Source: a virus
Length of the DNA: 64,000 nucleotides
IMG/VR virus record: IMGVR_UViG_3300032213_003338
Coordinates: 58,609-122,608 of that record
Reading direction: 5' to 3' (one strand)
Part shown: positions 18,724-28,191 of the stretch, piece by piece
Position numbering within the stretch: the first letter of the stretch is position 1
Layout: every line of letters starts with the position of its first letter
The notes under the pieces: generated by a model
Databases searched by the model: none
Told to the model about the DNA's origin: nothing
What the model saw: only the letters and a program-made list of their open reading frames with translations
Made by a program: the position numbers and the translations under genes

Positions 18724-20147
18724 AATCTTACAACCAATCTGTCTGTGAAGAAAGCTTGATATCATGCGCCATGAACAGTGGCGCTGATGTTATTTATTCA
18801 AGCGATATTTCTATTTGCGATTCCGATTTTGGTAATCCGCTTCTTAGCAAATGTTTTTTTGCAATTGCGGCGCTGGCTGAATCTGGAAATTCAGGTAAGA
18901 TTAGTCCGCAGCTTTTAGTCTCTGAGATATCAAAGACTGGGCAGGTTTCAACGAAGGATTCTGATTCTATATACGCAATTCAAGCTATAGAGTCTGAGAG
19001 AAATGATTATCAGCATTTCGCAAGACAAGTGAAATTTTGGAGTCTTTGTCGTTCCCTAAAGAAAAAACTTGAGTCTGGAATAAAGTCCATTGGAGATTTG
19101 AGTGGCTCAGAAAGCATAGTTGATGTCGCATCAGCTGTTGAGTCATCTGTATTTGAGTTTATTCCTGAGGTTACTAATGAAAATGACCTGGTTCAGATTG
19201 GTCAATTTGCAGAAGGCCACATAAAATATCTTGCTGAAAATCCAGTAAAGTCAGCGGGTATTCCTACAGGATATCCACGCTATGATCAAACAATAGGTGG
19301 TGGGTATCGACGCGGGACAGTTAATGTTGTTGGAGCAAGACCAAAAGTTGGTAAGAGCACCTTTTGTCTTAATGTGGCAGCAAATATGGCAAAACAGGGA
19401 ATCCCCGTTCTGTATCTTGACACAGAAATGAAAAAGGAAACACAGTCCGTCAAATGGGTTTCCCTTCACTCTGGTGTTGACCAGCAATCAATTGAAACTG
19501 GTCAGTTTTCGCAAAAGGAAAACTTAAAGTTCTCTATTGACCAGGCACTGTCTTCTATTAAGAAAATGCCATTTTATCACATTAGCATTGCTGGTAAAAA
19601 GCCGGAAGAAATAATGTCGATAGCTCGCCGCTGGATTTCCTCTGTTGTTGGTCGTGATGAAGGCGGAAACACAAAAGACTGCCTGATAATGCTTGACTAT
19701 TTGAAGACTATGGATCTTGCTGACGTTGGAGATTTCCAAGAGTACCAATACCTTGGAGACTTCATCACTAAGCTTCATAACTTTGCTGTTAAAAATGACG
19801 TTCCGGTTCTTGCAACAGTACAGCTTAATCGTGACGGAATTAGCAAAGAAGACAGTAGCGTTGTTTCTGGAAGCGATAGAATCTTGTGGCTTTGCTCTAG
19901 CCTTGCTTATCTTAAAAAGAAAACAGATGAGGATGTTGCTGCTGGAGACAGCAAAACAAACGGTGACAGAAAGCTAATTGTGATAGATACTAGATACGGT
20001 GGAGGAATGGACGCCTCATCAGAATACATAAATATTGTATCCAATCTAGAAAGATCAGAAATGATCGAAGGTAAGTTTAATTTTGAGATACTAGAATCAA
20101 CAAATAACATTGACCAAAATGATGACGAAGACGATATTGAATTCTGA
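18708..20147 (+). CDS. dnaB: Replicative DNA helicase, DnaB family
   Basis: GIPTGY, GARPKVGKS, LDTEM, MLDYL, VQLNR, RYG. Confidence 0.93.
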   Translation: MQSKVKSYNQSVCEESLISCAMNSGADVIYSSDISICDSDFGNPLLSKCFFAIAALAESGNSGKISPQLLVSEISKTGQVSTKDSDSIYAIQAIESERNDYQHFARQVKFWSLCRSLKKKLESGIKSIGDLSGSESIVDVASAVESSVFEFIPEVTNENDLVQIGQFAEGHIKYLAENPVKSAGIPTGYPRYDQTIGGGYRRGTVNVVGARPKVGKSTFCLNVAANMAKQGIPVLYLDTEMKKETQSVKWVSLHSGVDQQSIETGQFSQKENLKFSIDQALSSIKKMPFYHISIAGKKPEEIMSIARRWISSVVGRDEGGNTKDCLIMLDYLKTMDLADVGDFQEYQYLGDFITKLHNFAVKNDVPVLATVQLNRDGISKEDSSVVSGSDRILWLCSSLAYLKKKTDEDVAAGDSKTNGDRKLIVIDTRYGGGMDASSEYINIVSNLERSEMIEGKFNFEILESTNNIDQNDDEDDIEF

Positions 20148-21156
20148 AGAGATAAAAATCTTCAAAAAGATTGCCTGCGAGAGTGACTACAAAATTTTGC
20201 AGGCTCTTGGTTTTGAATTCAATGGAAACTCTTCTGTTCAACAAGAATGCCCAGTGCACGGCGGTGACAACCCAACAGCTTTTAGTTATCATTTTGGAAA
20301 ATGCTGCTGGTCTTGCTTTACTCACGGATGTCATCAAAAATATGGCAATGACATTATTGGTCTTGTTCGTGGACTTAAGCAAATAAGTTTCTCTGAAGCA
20401 ATAGAGTGGATACAATCAGTGATAGAATCTGATGACTTTGCTGATTCTGTAATAACAAGAAACCGTCAAGAAATCGCAAAAAACAAAGTTATATCAGATG
20501 GCAGACTCTCAAAACTAGATAAATGTCATCAGTTTATAAAGTCAAGAGGTTTCACTGAGGAGATTTGTGAATTTTTTGAAGCTGGAGTTTCTTTGAACGG
20601 AAAGACGTATCACCACAGGTTGATGATTCCAATTAGGAATATCGACGGTGATTTAGTTGGCATAACAGGACGTTCAATATTTGAAAAAAATACATTGGGC
20701 TGGTACTTTCCAGAAAAATTTACAATAGACGAGGCGTATAGAAAGCTTTACGCAAAGTGGAGACACTACCCAAAGGGTTTCAATAAGTCAATTGAGATTT
20801 ATAATATCAATAATGCTTTAGAGGAAATTAAAGCTACTGGTCTTGCCATCATCGTTGAAGGTCCATTTGATTGCTGGAGAATGCATATGTACGGAATAAA
20901 AAATGTTGTTGGTGTAATGGGTTCTTCAATGTCTAATAGGCAGGCAGAGCTTCTTCAATCTATTGGGGCAAAGAAGCTTGGTCTTATGCTTGATTCAGAT
21001 GATGCCGGAATAAAAGCTGCTTCAAAAATAAAATCGCTGTTTAATTCACGATTCTCAATATCTAAAATTCTTACCGACAATAAAGATCCGGATATGCTAT
21101 CTTTGGAAGAGTTTAATCATAGCGTCCTACCTCAGATACAGGTTTTATCAAAATGA
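20110..21156 (+). CDS. dnaG: DNA primase (Zn-binding domain plus TOPRIM)
   Basis: CPVHGGDNP...C, RLMIPI, IVEGPFD, LDSDDAG, KDPD. Exact start uncertain. Confidence 0.92.
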   Translation: MTKMMTKTILNSEEIKIFKKIACESDYKILQALGFEFNGNSSVQQECPVHGGDNPTAFSYHFGKCCWSCFTHGCHQKYGNDIIGLVRGLKQISFSEAIEWIQSVIESDDFADSVITRNRQEIAKNKVISDGRLSKLDKCHQFIKSRGFTEEICEFFEAGVSLNGKTYHHRLMIPIRNIDGDLVGITGRSIFEKNTLGWYFPEKFTIDEAYRKLYAKWRHYPKGFNKSIEIYNINNALEEIKATGLAIIVEGPFDCWRMHMYGIKNVVGVMGSSMSNRQAELLQSIGAKKLGLMLDSDDAGIKAASKIKSLFNSRFSISKILTDNKDPDMLSLEEFNHSVLPQIQVLSK

Positions 21157-21791
21157 AGACACAAATAATTATAATGACAGGAAAAGCACAAAGCGGAAAA
21201 GACACCGCTTGCTCCTATGTGCGTGGCTTTTTAAAAGAACATGGATACTCTTCTAAGGTTTATCCATTTGCAGACGCTTTAAAGCAAGTATGCATAAATG
21301 TTTTAGGTCTTGAATATAATCAATGCTGGGGTGAAAACTCTGACAAAAACACAAAAACAAGATTTAAATGGTGCGATTTGCCAATGTGCAGTACTGATAT
21401 CGCAATGATAATGCAAAATAAACCAGGATCAAGATGCGACGATTACATGACAGCTAGAGATGTTATGCAGGTTTTCGGCACAAACATCTTTAGAAAATTT
21501 TATCAAGACTGTTGGGTACAGGCAACAATTAAAAAAATAAAAGAAGAGAGCCTAGACTTTGCTCTTATATCAGACGCAAGATTTCCAAATGAAATCAACT
21601 ACGCTACTTTTTACGAGCCTATAGTAATTAAATTTACAAGAAACCCCCTAAATAATCAGCACGAAAGCGAAACCGCTCTTGATAGTTACGATTTTAGTAA
21701 TATAAAAAAATTTCATACTATCAAAAATGACGATATGGACATGGATGAGAAGAATGATTCCATCAAGTCAATACTGAGTCTATATATATGA
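21153..21791 (+). CDS. Deoxynucleoside monophosphate kinase (T4 gp1-like)
   Basis: GKAQSGKDT, FADALK, RDVMQVFGT, DARFPNE, HESE. Confidence 0.88.
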   Translation: MKTQIIIMTGKAQSGKDTACSYVRGFLKEHGYSSKVYPFADALKQVCINVLGLEYNQCWGENSDKNTKTRFKWCDLPMCSTDIAMIMQNKPGSRCDDYMTARDVMQVFGTNIFRKFYQDCWVQATIKKIKEESLDFALISDARFPNEINYATFYEPIVIKFTRNPLNNQHESETALDSYDFSNIKKFHTIKNDDMDMDEKNDSIKSILSLYI

Positions 21792-22243
21792 TTATTGGCA
21801 TAAAAGCTGAAGCCGTAAATTTTAACGGAGCATACGACCTCAATGATCCGGCTAGGCTTTTTGTTAGAAATCAAATTGTTTCACATCTGAATTCTATAGA
21901 GGTTGATGGCTCAATCTGCGTATCAAGAGCCTCAATAGGTTTTGAACTTGATTTTATATACGCATGCCAAGAAAGCGAAATACCATATATAATTTATATA
22001 CCATTTAAAGGTATAGAAGAAAGATGGCCACCTCAAATACAAAAAATTTACAGGGAAGTTCTTAAGCTTTCAAAACAAAAATTTGTAAAAAATGGTGGAG
22101 GTTACTCTCCAAAAAAGATAAAATCTACTCAGGACTTTATAGAGTCAACATCAAATGCTCTTGTTGTTGTAAAAAACTCAGAGCGTATATTTAATCAACC
22201 AATTGTCAGGGTTGAAGAAGCCATAGAAAGAGTTACGAAATGA
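21788..22243 (+). CDS. YspA/SLOG-like protein (degenerate)
   Basis: ASIGFEL...IPYIIYIPFKGIEERWP....Y. Confidence 0.55.
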   Translation: MIIGIKAEAVNFNGAYDLNDPARLFVRNQIVSHLNSIEVDGSICVSRASIGFELDFIYACQESEIPYIIYIPFKGIEERWPPQIQKIYREVLKLSKQKFVKNGGGYSPKKIKSTQDFIESTSNALVVVKNSERIFNQPIVRVEEAIERVTK

Positions 22244-23238
22244 ATATTCAGTATTTAAGAGCGTCTTCAATAAAAACCTACGAAGGATGCCAGTTTCAGT
22301 TTTTCCTTGATTCAATACTTGAAATACCAAGCGGCTCTGGTAAAAAGGCTCTTCTTGGTACGATTGTGCATCACGTACTTGAAATAATGGCAAAGGCCAC
22401 AAAACTTGGCCACAAAGATGGCCCTCTGCTTGATCACGTGTTTTTGCTAGATGTATGCTGGAAGCGATACAAGGCAGAAAACGCCGGAAGAATTGAGTTG
22501 GCTGATGGTGCTGACAAAAGGTTTTGCCTTAAGTCTATTGAAAAGGTTCTTGGCACAAAGTACGACCCAAGAAATCTAAAGGTTCTGCACACAGAGCGTC
22601 AATTCAGAATTCCTCTAACAATGCCAGGTTTTACTTTTGAGTATTACGATGTGCTTAGCAAAAAAACCACTTCTGGAAACTACGAGATTCGAGGAACAAT
22701 CGACCTAATAACTAAGGTTGACGACGACACACTAGAGATAGTTGACTGGAAGACTGGATCAAGAAAATCATGGGAAACAGGAGAGCTTAAAGAATATGAT
22801 TATTTTGCAAGCAAGGATATACAGCTGCGAATGTATGATTTGGCTGTATCAATGTTGTACCCGCAGTACAAGACTAGGCTGCTTACAATACACTTTGTAA
22901 ATGATGGTGGGCCTTTTACCGTATGCTTTGATGATGACCAAAGAAAAGAAACTTTGTCAATTATTAAAGAGCATTTTAATACGATAAAGGGAAATCATTT
23001 ACCAACCAGAATTAAAGAGGTTAATGGTTCGCAGGCATGGAAATGCAAGACAACATGCCATTTTGGAAAGACAAAAACCTCAAACGGCTGCAGCGTATGT
23101 GATAATGTTTTTAACTACCTTGTGGCTAATGGAATTGATAAAACTATACTGAGAGTCGGAGAGGTTCGCAAAACAAAGGCTGAAGAAAAAGCGCTTAAGA
23201 CATCCGATAGACGAAACACTTTTAAAGACGACCAATGA
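22240..23238 (+). CDS. RecB/Cas4-like PD-(D/E)XK exonuclease
   Basis: SSIKTYEGC, GTIVH, RGTIDL, IVDWKTG, QLRMY, C-terminal CxxxC...C. Confidence 0.85.
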   Translation: MNIQYLRASSIKTYEGCQFQFFLDSILEIPSGSGKKALLGTIVHHVLEIMAKATKLGHKDGPLLDHVFLLDVCWKRYKAENAGRIELADGADKRFCLKSIEKVLGTKYDPRNLKVLHTERQFRIPLTMPGFTFEYYDVLSKKTTSGNYEIRGTIDLITKVDDDTLEIVDWKTGSRKSWETGELKEYDYFASKDIQLRMYDLAVSMLYPQYKTRLLTIHFVNDGGPFTVCFDDDQRKETLSIIKEHFNTIKGNHLPTRIKEVNGSQAWKCKTTCHFGKTKTSNGCSVCDNVFNYLVANGIDKTILRVGEVRKTKAEEKALKTSDRRNTFKDDQ

Positions 23239-25118
23239 GTTATATTCCTGTTCATGTACACACCGCGTGGTCACTTCTAGATAGCGTTGTAACAATTGAC
23301 TCTCTTGTGGCAAAGAGCAAGGAGTATGGCATTCCAGCACTATGCATGACGGACCATAACAACATTAAGGGTGTTGTTCCATTCTTCAAAGAATGCAAGT
23401 CATTCGGAATAAAACCAATAATTGGCGTTGAGCTAGACACTTATAATGGTGAAAATTTTGTAGGGAGAATAACACTTCTTGCAAAAAATAAAGTAGGTTA
23501 TAAGAATATAGTTAAGCTTGTTTCTATGGCTCGCACAAAAGAAGCCCTTTCTTTTAATGGAATGCCTAGAACACAAGTAGAGTCACTGTATCCATATAAA
23601 GCTGGTCTTATCTGTCTCGTTGGCGATCTTAAAAGCCAAATTTATTCAAGCGCTTTTGTAAACCACGAAATGGCTTACTCAAGCGACTCTGTTGAAGAGT
23701 GCGAAACACTCCTGCACAAAGACTGGAAGTCTCGCATTGAAAAAGTGCTAGATAACTATAAGAAGATATACGAAAACGTATTTTTATTTTATGATGTCAG
23801 TCTTCTGCCAGCCCATCTTGTCCTTGGCAAAAGAATAAGCGAGACTTTTGAAGATGCGCTGCCTTCGCATAATATTCACTATCTTAATAAAGAAGATCTG
23901 GAGCTTCACGAGCTTTTAACAAAGGCAAAGGAAGATGGCGGGTCTTGCTGCGAGGCAATGAACGATTCTCGCATATTTGACAAGCGATGGTCTCGTGGAT
24001 ATCTGTCAAAGGATATTAAGCGAGGAGAAAAAACACTAAAGCTTTTAGATCTTATTGAAGACTACTCAATTCAAGAGCGCCCAATTCTTGCAAGCTTTAA
24101 AATTGGAGATCACAAAATAGTTGATCCACATGAGCATCTGCGCGGACTTTGCAGATCTGGTTTTAAATCAACTGGTCTACTTGAAGAGTTTAAGCAAGAC
24201 CCATCTCTTAAAGAAGCTTATGTAAAAAGAATACAACACGAACTTGAGGTATTCAAGCAAGCAGGAATGTCTGCCTATTTTCTCATTGTTCATGATATTA
24301 TAAATAGCTTGCGATCAAAAGGTGTTCCAGCTGATATCAGAGGTTCCTCTTCTGGATGCATGATATCTTACCTTATAGGAATTTCTTCCGTTGATCCAAT
24401 GCGTCCAGATCCGACACTTGGTTATGATCCAGGAAGAGAGCTTCCATTCGAAAGATTTTACAATGAAGGTAGAAACACAAAAGATAACGTATCTTTACCA
24501 GATATCGATATGGACGTACCACCGTCTTTTAGAGAACTGCTTATTGAATACATTAGCGAAAAATATGGAAATGACTGTGTTGGCCACATTATTACTCACT
24601 CAAGATTTAAAGGCAGGGGTGCAATAAAAGAGGTTTTTAAACTACTAAAGCCAACGCCTGATTATTTTGATGTATCAAACCAAATTACTAAAAAATTTGC
24701 TGAAGAGGCAAAGATCTCAGACGATCTTGTAGAAATGCAGAAAGAAGACCCATCTTACGGAATTATCCGATGGAACATAGACAATATTAAATCAATTGCT
24801 GAATATTACGAGCAGTTCAAGGAGGCCTTTGACTATGCTTTAAGAATAGAAGAAGTGCCTAGAAATGAGAGCGTACACGCCGCTGGAATTATTATTGCAG
24901 ATCAGCCGCTAAGCAATCTTTTTCCAATGGTATATTCGGAAAAGCTTGACTCAATGGTAATTGATATTGAAGGTGCTGATATAGAATATCTTGGTGGTGT
25001 TAAGTTTGATATACTTGGCGTCACAGCCCTAGAGAAAGTTTTTCAAATACAGCGTATGGTAAACTTTAAACTTAATGAAATTGAATTTGGGGAGTTTTCT
25101 TACTCCTACTATGATTAA
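23235..25118 (+). CDS. dnaE: DNA polymerase III alpha, N-terminal part (PHP plus palm) of a split gene
   Basis: HVHT, TDH, KPIIGVE, RGSSSG, PFERF, PDIDMD, HAAG, KFDILG; stop follows ~30 aa later. Confidence 0.92.
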   Translation: MSYIPVHVHTAWSLLDSVVTIDSLVAKSKEYGIPALCMTDHNNIKGVVPFFKECKSFGIKPIIGVELDTYNGENFVGRITLLAKNKVGYKNIVKLVSMARTKEALSFNGMPRTQVESLYPYKAGLICLVGDLKSQIYSSAFVNHEMAYSSDSVEECETLLHKDWKSRIEKVLDNYKKIYENVFLFYDVSLLPAHLVLGKRISETFEDALPSHNIHYLNKEDLELHELLTKAKEDGGSCCEAMNDSRIFDKRWSRGYLSKDIKRGEKTLKLLDLIEDYSIQERPILASFKIGDHKIVDPHEHLRGLCRSGFKSTGLLEEFKQDPSLKEAYVKRIQHELEVFKQAGMSAYFLIVHDIINSLRSKGVPADIRGSSSGCMISYLIGISSVDPMRPDPTLGYDPGRELPFERFYNEGRNTKDNVSLPDIDMDVPPSFRELLIEYISEKYGNDCVGHIITHSRFKGRGAIKEVFKLLKPTPDYFDVSNQITKKFAEEAKISDDLVEMQKEDPSYGIIRWNIDNIKSIAEYYEQFKEAFDYALRIEEVPRNESVHAAGIIIADQPLSNLFPMVYSEKLDSMVIDIEGADIEYLGGVKFDILGVTALEKVFQIQRMVNFKLNEIEFGEFSYSYYD

Positions 25119-25126
25119 GTGTATAT
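25119..25126 (+). promoter_or_regulatory. GTGTATWW promoter motif
   Basis: GTGTATAT immediately after the dnaE-N stop; predicted +1 at 25133. Confidence 0.55.
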
Positions 25127-25132
25127 ATAGGT

Positions 25133-25214
25133 GATTACGCTATTCGGGCATCTTAGGCCCGTCTGAGTTACGCGTAGTTGCCCATCAGTTCGTAACTGTT
25201 CTGATGGGCTTTTT
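25133..25214 (+). ncRNA. Candidate small structured RNA or riboregulatory leader
   Basis: GATTACGC/GCGTAGTT stem, CGGGC/GCCCG hairpin, GCCCATCAG/CTGATGGGC+TTTTT terminator-like hairpin, AGTTACG/CGTAACT long-range complement. Confidence 0.5.
25180..25214 (+). terminator. Terminator-like hairpin
   Basis: 9-bp perfect stem followed by T5. Confidence 0.65.
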
Positions 25215-25224
25215 AAGGAATATT

Positions 25225-25422
25225 ATGGACGATATAGACATGCGCGATATGGACCCAAGGCTTGCAAAGGCTATGATAATATTTGGTCTTAAGTTTGCCG
25301 AATACACTAAAGAGATGGACTACGAGCTTTGGAGCAGAGCCATAGATTACGCGAAGACATTTACAAAGGTTGACGGGGTTGAGATTAACTGTGACCCTAG
25401 AGAAAACAATGAATTTCAATAA
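25225..25422 (+). CDS. Small hypothetical protein
   Basis: SD AAGGA before ATG 25225. Confidence 0.55.
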   Translation: MDDIDMRDMDPRLAKAMIIFGLKFAEYTKEMDYELWSRAIDYAKTFTKVDGVEINCDPRENNEFQ

Positions 25423-25615
25423 CTTTGGAAGCGTAAAAGCTTCTCATAAAGTCCGTGGGATTGAGATAATTGAAAGAGAATACAGTATAGAACTTAAAGC
25501 TGAAAGCGGTTCAGTTTTTTTATCATCCCTAGAAGAAATAAATAATGTTATTGATGTTTTAAAGTACGCAAAGCTTGCACATCATAAGAAGAAATTTTTT
25601 ACACTGCTTGATTAG
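25409..25615 (+). CDS. Small hypothetical protein
   Basis: ATG overlapping the end of the upstream gene. Confidence 0.45.
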   Translation: MNFNNFGSVKASHKVRGIEIIEREYSIELKAESGSVFLSSLEEINNVIDVLKYAKLAHHKKKFFTLLD

Positions 25616-25628
25616 TGTATAAAGTTTT

Positions 25629-26465
25629 ATGGACATAAAGCCGTTTATAATTAAAAATATTAATATTGCTGCAAGACGCAGCGATGTTAAGCTTGTTGAA
25701 GACTCGGAAATAAAGCCAGCAACAAGTCCAGACCTAAACCTTAACTATGAACCAGGCGAACCTGAAGATCAGGCGTTTATTGTTTTTCTATTCACTACTG
25801 TAACCAATTTGCTTGGGGTAGGGCGTGATCCATGTATAAAAAGAGTTATTGAATCCCCAGAGGGAAGAGAAATACTTAGAAGGATAAGAAGGACATTATC
25901 ACAATTAAAAAATATTGCAGACCCAAACGAGTTCAGAAGTAAATTCTTTGCTCTCAATTTTGCTGCTATTATACAAGAATCACAAAGAGAACTTAGAAAT
26001 AAGTTTCCATGCTGGAATGAAGACTACCTTGAAAATGCCATTAAGTCAATGAATGCATATGACAAGATTCATAATAAAGGCGTTTTTGATCAGTTTTTTA
26101 GTGTTGTAGTAAAAGTTATAACAAATGAAGAAGGTGTGGTTCTTGCTCCACTTTCTGGACCTGCTTTAAATATAAAAATTGCTGAAAAGCTAGTAGAGCT
26201 TTATCCAAATGATCCAAACTACGTTGGTCTTTTGGGATACGCAATAATTATTTCAGAAGCAGCTAACGCTGAAATAATGGCTTATCTTGATATGATTTTT
26301 AATATAACTGCTTTAATTACAGCGCTTGGTGCTGCAATGATTGCTTTTAATGGTGGTGTTGCCGCTGCCGCTTCTGCAATATACGCTATTGTTAGAGCTG
26401 CTGAAAATGGTATTGAGCTTATTCAAAAGCTTATACAACAGGGTCTTTTACCTTCAACTTCATAA
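25629..26465 (+). CDS. Leader-bearing helical protein with C-terminal hydrophobic Ala/Gly hairpin
   Basis: GTGTAT-N8-ATG; leader MDIKPFIIKNINIAARR; C-terminal ITALITALGAAMIAFNGGVAAAASAIYAIV. Confidence 0.7.
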   Translation: MDIKPFIIKNINIAARRSDVKLVEDSEIKPATSPDLNLNYEPGEPEDQAFIVFLFTTVTNLLGVGRDPCIKRVIESPEGREILRRIRRTLSQLKNIADPNEFRSKFFALNFAAIIQESQRELRNKFPCWNEDYLENAIKSMNAYDKIHNKGVFDQFFSVVVKVITNEEGVVLAPLSGPALNIKIAEKLVELYPNDPNYVGLLGYAIIISEAANAEIMAYLDMIFNITALITALGAAMIAFNGGVAAAASAIYAIVRAAENGIELIQKLIQQGLLPSTS

Positions 26466-26469
26466 TCCT

Positions 26470-27276
26470 ATGAATAAAAAAGACGTAAAGCTTTTTAATT
26501 ACATAGCAAAAGTCGCAGCAAAAAGAGGCGATACTGTTTTAGCACCGGGCCAGACTCAAACATTTGAAGACATAGGTCCTGTTAGCGAACCAGCGGAAAA
26601 ACCAGACAAGGAAACCGAAATTGCCTGGGAAAAATGGATTACAGGGCTTTCGCTTGCCCCAATTCTAGTTTGGGCATTGAGATCTCTTTGGAAATATCTT
26701 GATCCGTTCTGCAAAAGAAGACTAGCTGGAGTTCTTGAGTCTTTAAGCGCAGCGATGAAGAAATTAAATGAAGCGGCTAGCCAAAATGAGTTTGCTGCGG
26801 CAGCAGAGGCTCTACGGCAAATATTTCAATCATTACCTAAAAACTGCAGAGATGGAGTTTTGGAAAATCCAGAGTTTGTTGCCGAGCTTAGAAGAATCTC
26901 AGACGGTATGGCTATAACCATTGAGGACTTGATTGGCAAATACATTATGCAAAAAAATCAGGACGACGCCCTGAGATGGCTAGTAAACTACGGAACCTCT
27001 GCGGCAACAGTAGCAGCCGTTTATCTTTGGGCTTTAAATCAGCCCGGCTCAAGTCCTAGTATTGCAGCAGAAATAGCAGCATGGGCAGAAACAAATAGAA
27101 CTGTGCTTTGGGTAATCGCGGGTGCTGCTGTGTTATTCGGTCTAGCTGCTGCACTTAGCGGCGTTGGCCTTCCAGCCGGCATTGCATCTGGAGCTACTGG
27201 AGTTATACTTATGGCCCTATTAGCTTGGCTAAATCAAGACCCCCCGCAAGATGATGGTGGCGGGATGGAAGCCTAA
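26470..27276 (+). CDS. Leader-bearing helical membrane protein, probable distant paralog of 25629
   Basis: ATG 26470 (MNKKDVKLFNYIAKVAAKR); DPFCKR, NEF and PKNC...LEN echo 25629; C-terminal hydrophobic hairpin. Confidence 0.7.
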   Translation: MNKKDVKLFNYIAKVAAKRGDTVLAPGQTQTFEDIGPVSEPAEKPDKETEIAWEKWITGLSLAPILVWALRSLWKYLDPFCKRRLAGVLESLSAAMKKLNEAASQNEFAAAAEALRQIFQSLPKNCRDGVLENPEFVAELRRISDGMAITIEDLIGKYIMQKNQDDALRWLVNYGTSAATVAAVYLWALNQPGSSPSIAAEIAAWAETNRTVLWVIAGAAVLFGLAAALSGVGLPAGIASGATGVILMALLAWLNQDPPQDDGGGMEA

Positions 27277-27662
27277 ATAGAAGCTTCGTTTATTGCTTTA
27301 ATAAAAGAAGAAATTACTGAGCTGCTTGTGTACTGGGTTACAGACTTCTTAGCTTCCCACATCTTGCAGGACCAGTAGTTAGCCTTCCATTTTGGGCCAG
27401 GATTACTGCACCCGTGACGAGATCTGTAGTTTTTTCTTCGTTGCGGATCGTCACGCCGGATTTCCATATTAGGATCACCAAACATCACGCGAACAACATT
27501 GCCGCGATCATTCTTTACATAAACATAAAACTTCTTCTTGCCGTAACCTGGATCTCCCTTGCCTATTCGTCTTGGTTGATTTAGGGTAATCTTTTTACCC
27601 TGATACTCAACCGCTTGGGCTTTCTCTGAAGCAAAAATTACGTCAAGTTCCGAGTCGTTCAT
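27273..27662 (-). CDS. Conserved basic phage protein (DUF5754/DUF6321-like)
   Basis: KKFYVYVK...V.FGDPNM...RRKNYRSRHGC...ANYWSCKMW. Family name is from memory. Confidence 0.65.
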   Translation of the reverse strand: MNDSELDVIFASEKAQAVEYQGKKITLNQPRRIGKGDPGYGKKKFYVYVKNDRGNVVRVMFGDPNMEIRRDDPQRRKNYRSRHGCSNPGPKWKANYWSCKMWEAKKSVTQYTSSSVISSFIKAINEASI

Positions 27663-27895
27663 AACTTCTCCAGACCCTCAACACTCTCCGTTATGTTCCA
27701 GCCAGTGTTGCGAGGAAACTCAGGATTCATTATTTTAATGGTTGCAATTCCTGAGTTAATCTCTAAAACCTCGCCCCAGACGCCAAAGTTAACTGAGTCC
27801 TTGTTTACGCAGCTAACTATGTCGCCCTCGGAAATGCTAGCCACTTGTGGCTGCTGTGGCGGTGTGTAAGAATATTCGTTTTCTTCTTCGTTCAT
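27659..27895 (-). CDS. Small SH3/KOW-like barrel protein
   Basis: GDIVSCVNKDSVNFGVWGEV; resembles the adjacent gene. Confidence 0.55.
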   Translation of the reverse strand: MNEEENEYSYTPPQQPQVASISEGDIVSCVNKDSVNFGVWGEVLEINSGIATIKIMNPEFPRNTGWNITESVEGLEKL

Positions 27896-28173
27896 GATAT
27901 TTTCTCCAATTGATCTTCTGTTTTTGTTAGTACTTTACCTGGGCTATAAGAAGGTCCATCGTTCTCAACCGTATAATGAATAAGATAACCACTATTTTCT
28001 GGAAGTGTTTCTATCATTGTAACAGTGCCAATGCTGCCGTAGTGCATGCACTGCTGGTTTATGTCCTTGACCTTATCACCAACCTTTATCCCCTTATAAG
28101 AAATCACTTCGGTTCCAACAGCAACCTGTAGATTCTTAAGAGCTTTTCTAATTTTACTGTTTACGATGCTCAT
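27892..28173 (-). CDS. Small SH3/KOW-like barrel protein with basic leader
   Basis: GDKVKDINQQCMHYGSIGTV; GTGTAT-N8-ATG. Confidence 0.6.
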   Translation of the reverse strand: MSIVNSKIRKALKNLQVAVGTEVISYKGIKVGDKVKDINQQCMHYGSIGTVTMIETLPENSGYLIHYTVENDGPSYSPGKVLTKTEDQLEKIS

Positions 28174-28191
28174 AAATAAATATACACATTA

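Noticed and set aside
22240-23238. Cas4 as evidence of a CRISPR system
   Set aside because: No repeat-spacer array or other cas genes seen; the gene lies in a replication operon.
25133-25214. tRNA or known self-cleaving ribozyme
   Set aside because: No cloverleaf or TTCRA arm; hammerhead CUGANGA/GAAA, twister, pistol and HDV cores were not matched by eye. Kept only as an unknown structured RNA.
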